This document shows, in pieces, positions 63,225-64,000 of a stretch of DNA of 64,000 nt (positions are counted from its first letter, which is position 1; each line of letters opens with the position of its first letter). The position numbers and the translations under genes were made by a program. The stretch spans positions 1 through 64,000 of IMG/VR virus record IMGVR_UViG_3300047585_000133; one strand, given 5' to 3'. This stretch comes from a virus. The notes under the pieces are model-generated. The model was not told the origin of the DNA and made no database searches. It saw nothing but the letters and a program-made list of their open reading frames with translations.

Positions 63225-63475
63225 AGTATGTATGCCTCCTGATACTCGAACGCACTTTCCATGAGAAGAGCGGCCGAATGGTACTCGCCGAGATATAGAG
63301 AGGACGAATCGTCTACCTGAAGCCCAGCCCGGAGCAGCTCGCCGAGGTGATCGCCCTGCTGGAGGCAGCGCAGCAGCGAGCCGCACATCTGCTCGAATAG
63401 CGGGCTGCTCATCTGCTGCCTCCTCTCACCGGGTTCCTGCTATTCCTTCTGGGGCTGCGGACGCAAAAGGCACCG

Positions 63476-63826
63476 TCATGACAGCGTCGTCGTGTTAGCG
63501 GAGAACAGCGCACTCAGCGCCGTGGCCGGGATCAGCGAGTACTCCGCGTCCGAAAGCACCGCGACGGCGCCGCCGGAGTAGCGGATCCCGTTGGGCAGCA
63601 CCACGTTGGACAGGTCCGCCGTGATCGTCACCTGATGACTCACGTCCCCTCCCAGGGAGCCCGTGGAAGTGCCCCCGGCACCCGCCGTCAGAAGTGCCTT
63701 CGCCCCCGCCGTCAGCAGTCCGAACTGATCGTCCGGGAGCGTGAAACCGGCTCCCGCCGCATAGCGGATGCCGTTCGGCATGACAATCGAGTCGGTGCCG
63801 GAGTTGACGACGAGGGAGTAGGTCAT
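63476..63826 (-). CDS. Small virion-region protein with an internal duplication
   Basis: V(M/L)PNGIRY occurs twice. Confidence 0.65.
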   Translation of the reverse strand: MTYSLVVNSGTDSIVMPNGIRYAAGAGFTLPDDQFGLLTAGAKALLTAGAGGTSTGSLGGDVSHQVTITADLSNVVLPNGIRYSGGAVAVLSDAEYSLIPATALSALFSANTTTLS

Positions 63827-64000
63827 CAGTCGAACAGGTCCGAAGCGTCCAGGTCGTCCATGACCGCCGGGGCGTAGGAAGCCGACGCCCCCACCGAGGC
63901 GAGCGACGGAACCGACCGGGACGCGGTGCGCGCCACCGGGCGGGCCGCCTGCCGCTGCTGGACGACCGGAGTCTGCGACAGGACGCTGATCTCCCGCTCG
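63826..64000 (-). CDS. C-terminus of a probable capsid scaffolding protein (partial)
   Basis: ...ARTASRSVPSLAS...DDLDASDLFD*; upstream of decoration and capsid genes. Confidence 0.55.
   Translation of the reverse strand, partial: EREISVLSQTPVVQQRQAARPVARTASRSVPSLASVGASASYAPAVMDDLDASDLFD

Noticed and set aside
63221-63412. 63-aa ORF upstream of the decoration gene
   Set aside because: Weak codon bias; may be the leader of the capsid operon; cannot be supported

Overview
About 64 kb of a large, GC-rich actinobacterial myovirus. Its major capsid, sheath, tube and baseplate proteins resemble, from memory, those of cluster C/Bxz1-like actinophages. BldC, Lsr2 and DUF397 genes point to a filamentous actinomycete host. 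Left part (mostly minus strand): GH25 endolysin, SNF2 and DinG helicases, then the baseplate, tape measure, chaperone, tube, sheath and neck module, including an intein. Middle: an AT-rich repeat-laden intergenic region (origin-like), bldC, and an 8.2 kb array of 41 tRNA genes covering all 20 amino acids, interleaved with structured non-tRNA RNAs. Right part: virion/neck genes on the plus strand, small accessory ORFs, a PD-(D/E)xK endonuclease, major capsid and decoration genes. Top findings: (1) a leader peptide that samples almost every tRNA isoacceptor, coupled to mutually exclusive antiterminator/terminator hairpins, heads the tRNA array (candidate pan-tRNA attenuator); (2) frame disruptions in tail genes fall at in-frame UUA codons, while the array lacks tRNA-Leu(UAA); (3) permuted and anticodon-less tRNA mimics; (4) two phage-specific promoter/operator motifs. 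All calls were made by eye; no searches or folding programs were run.
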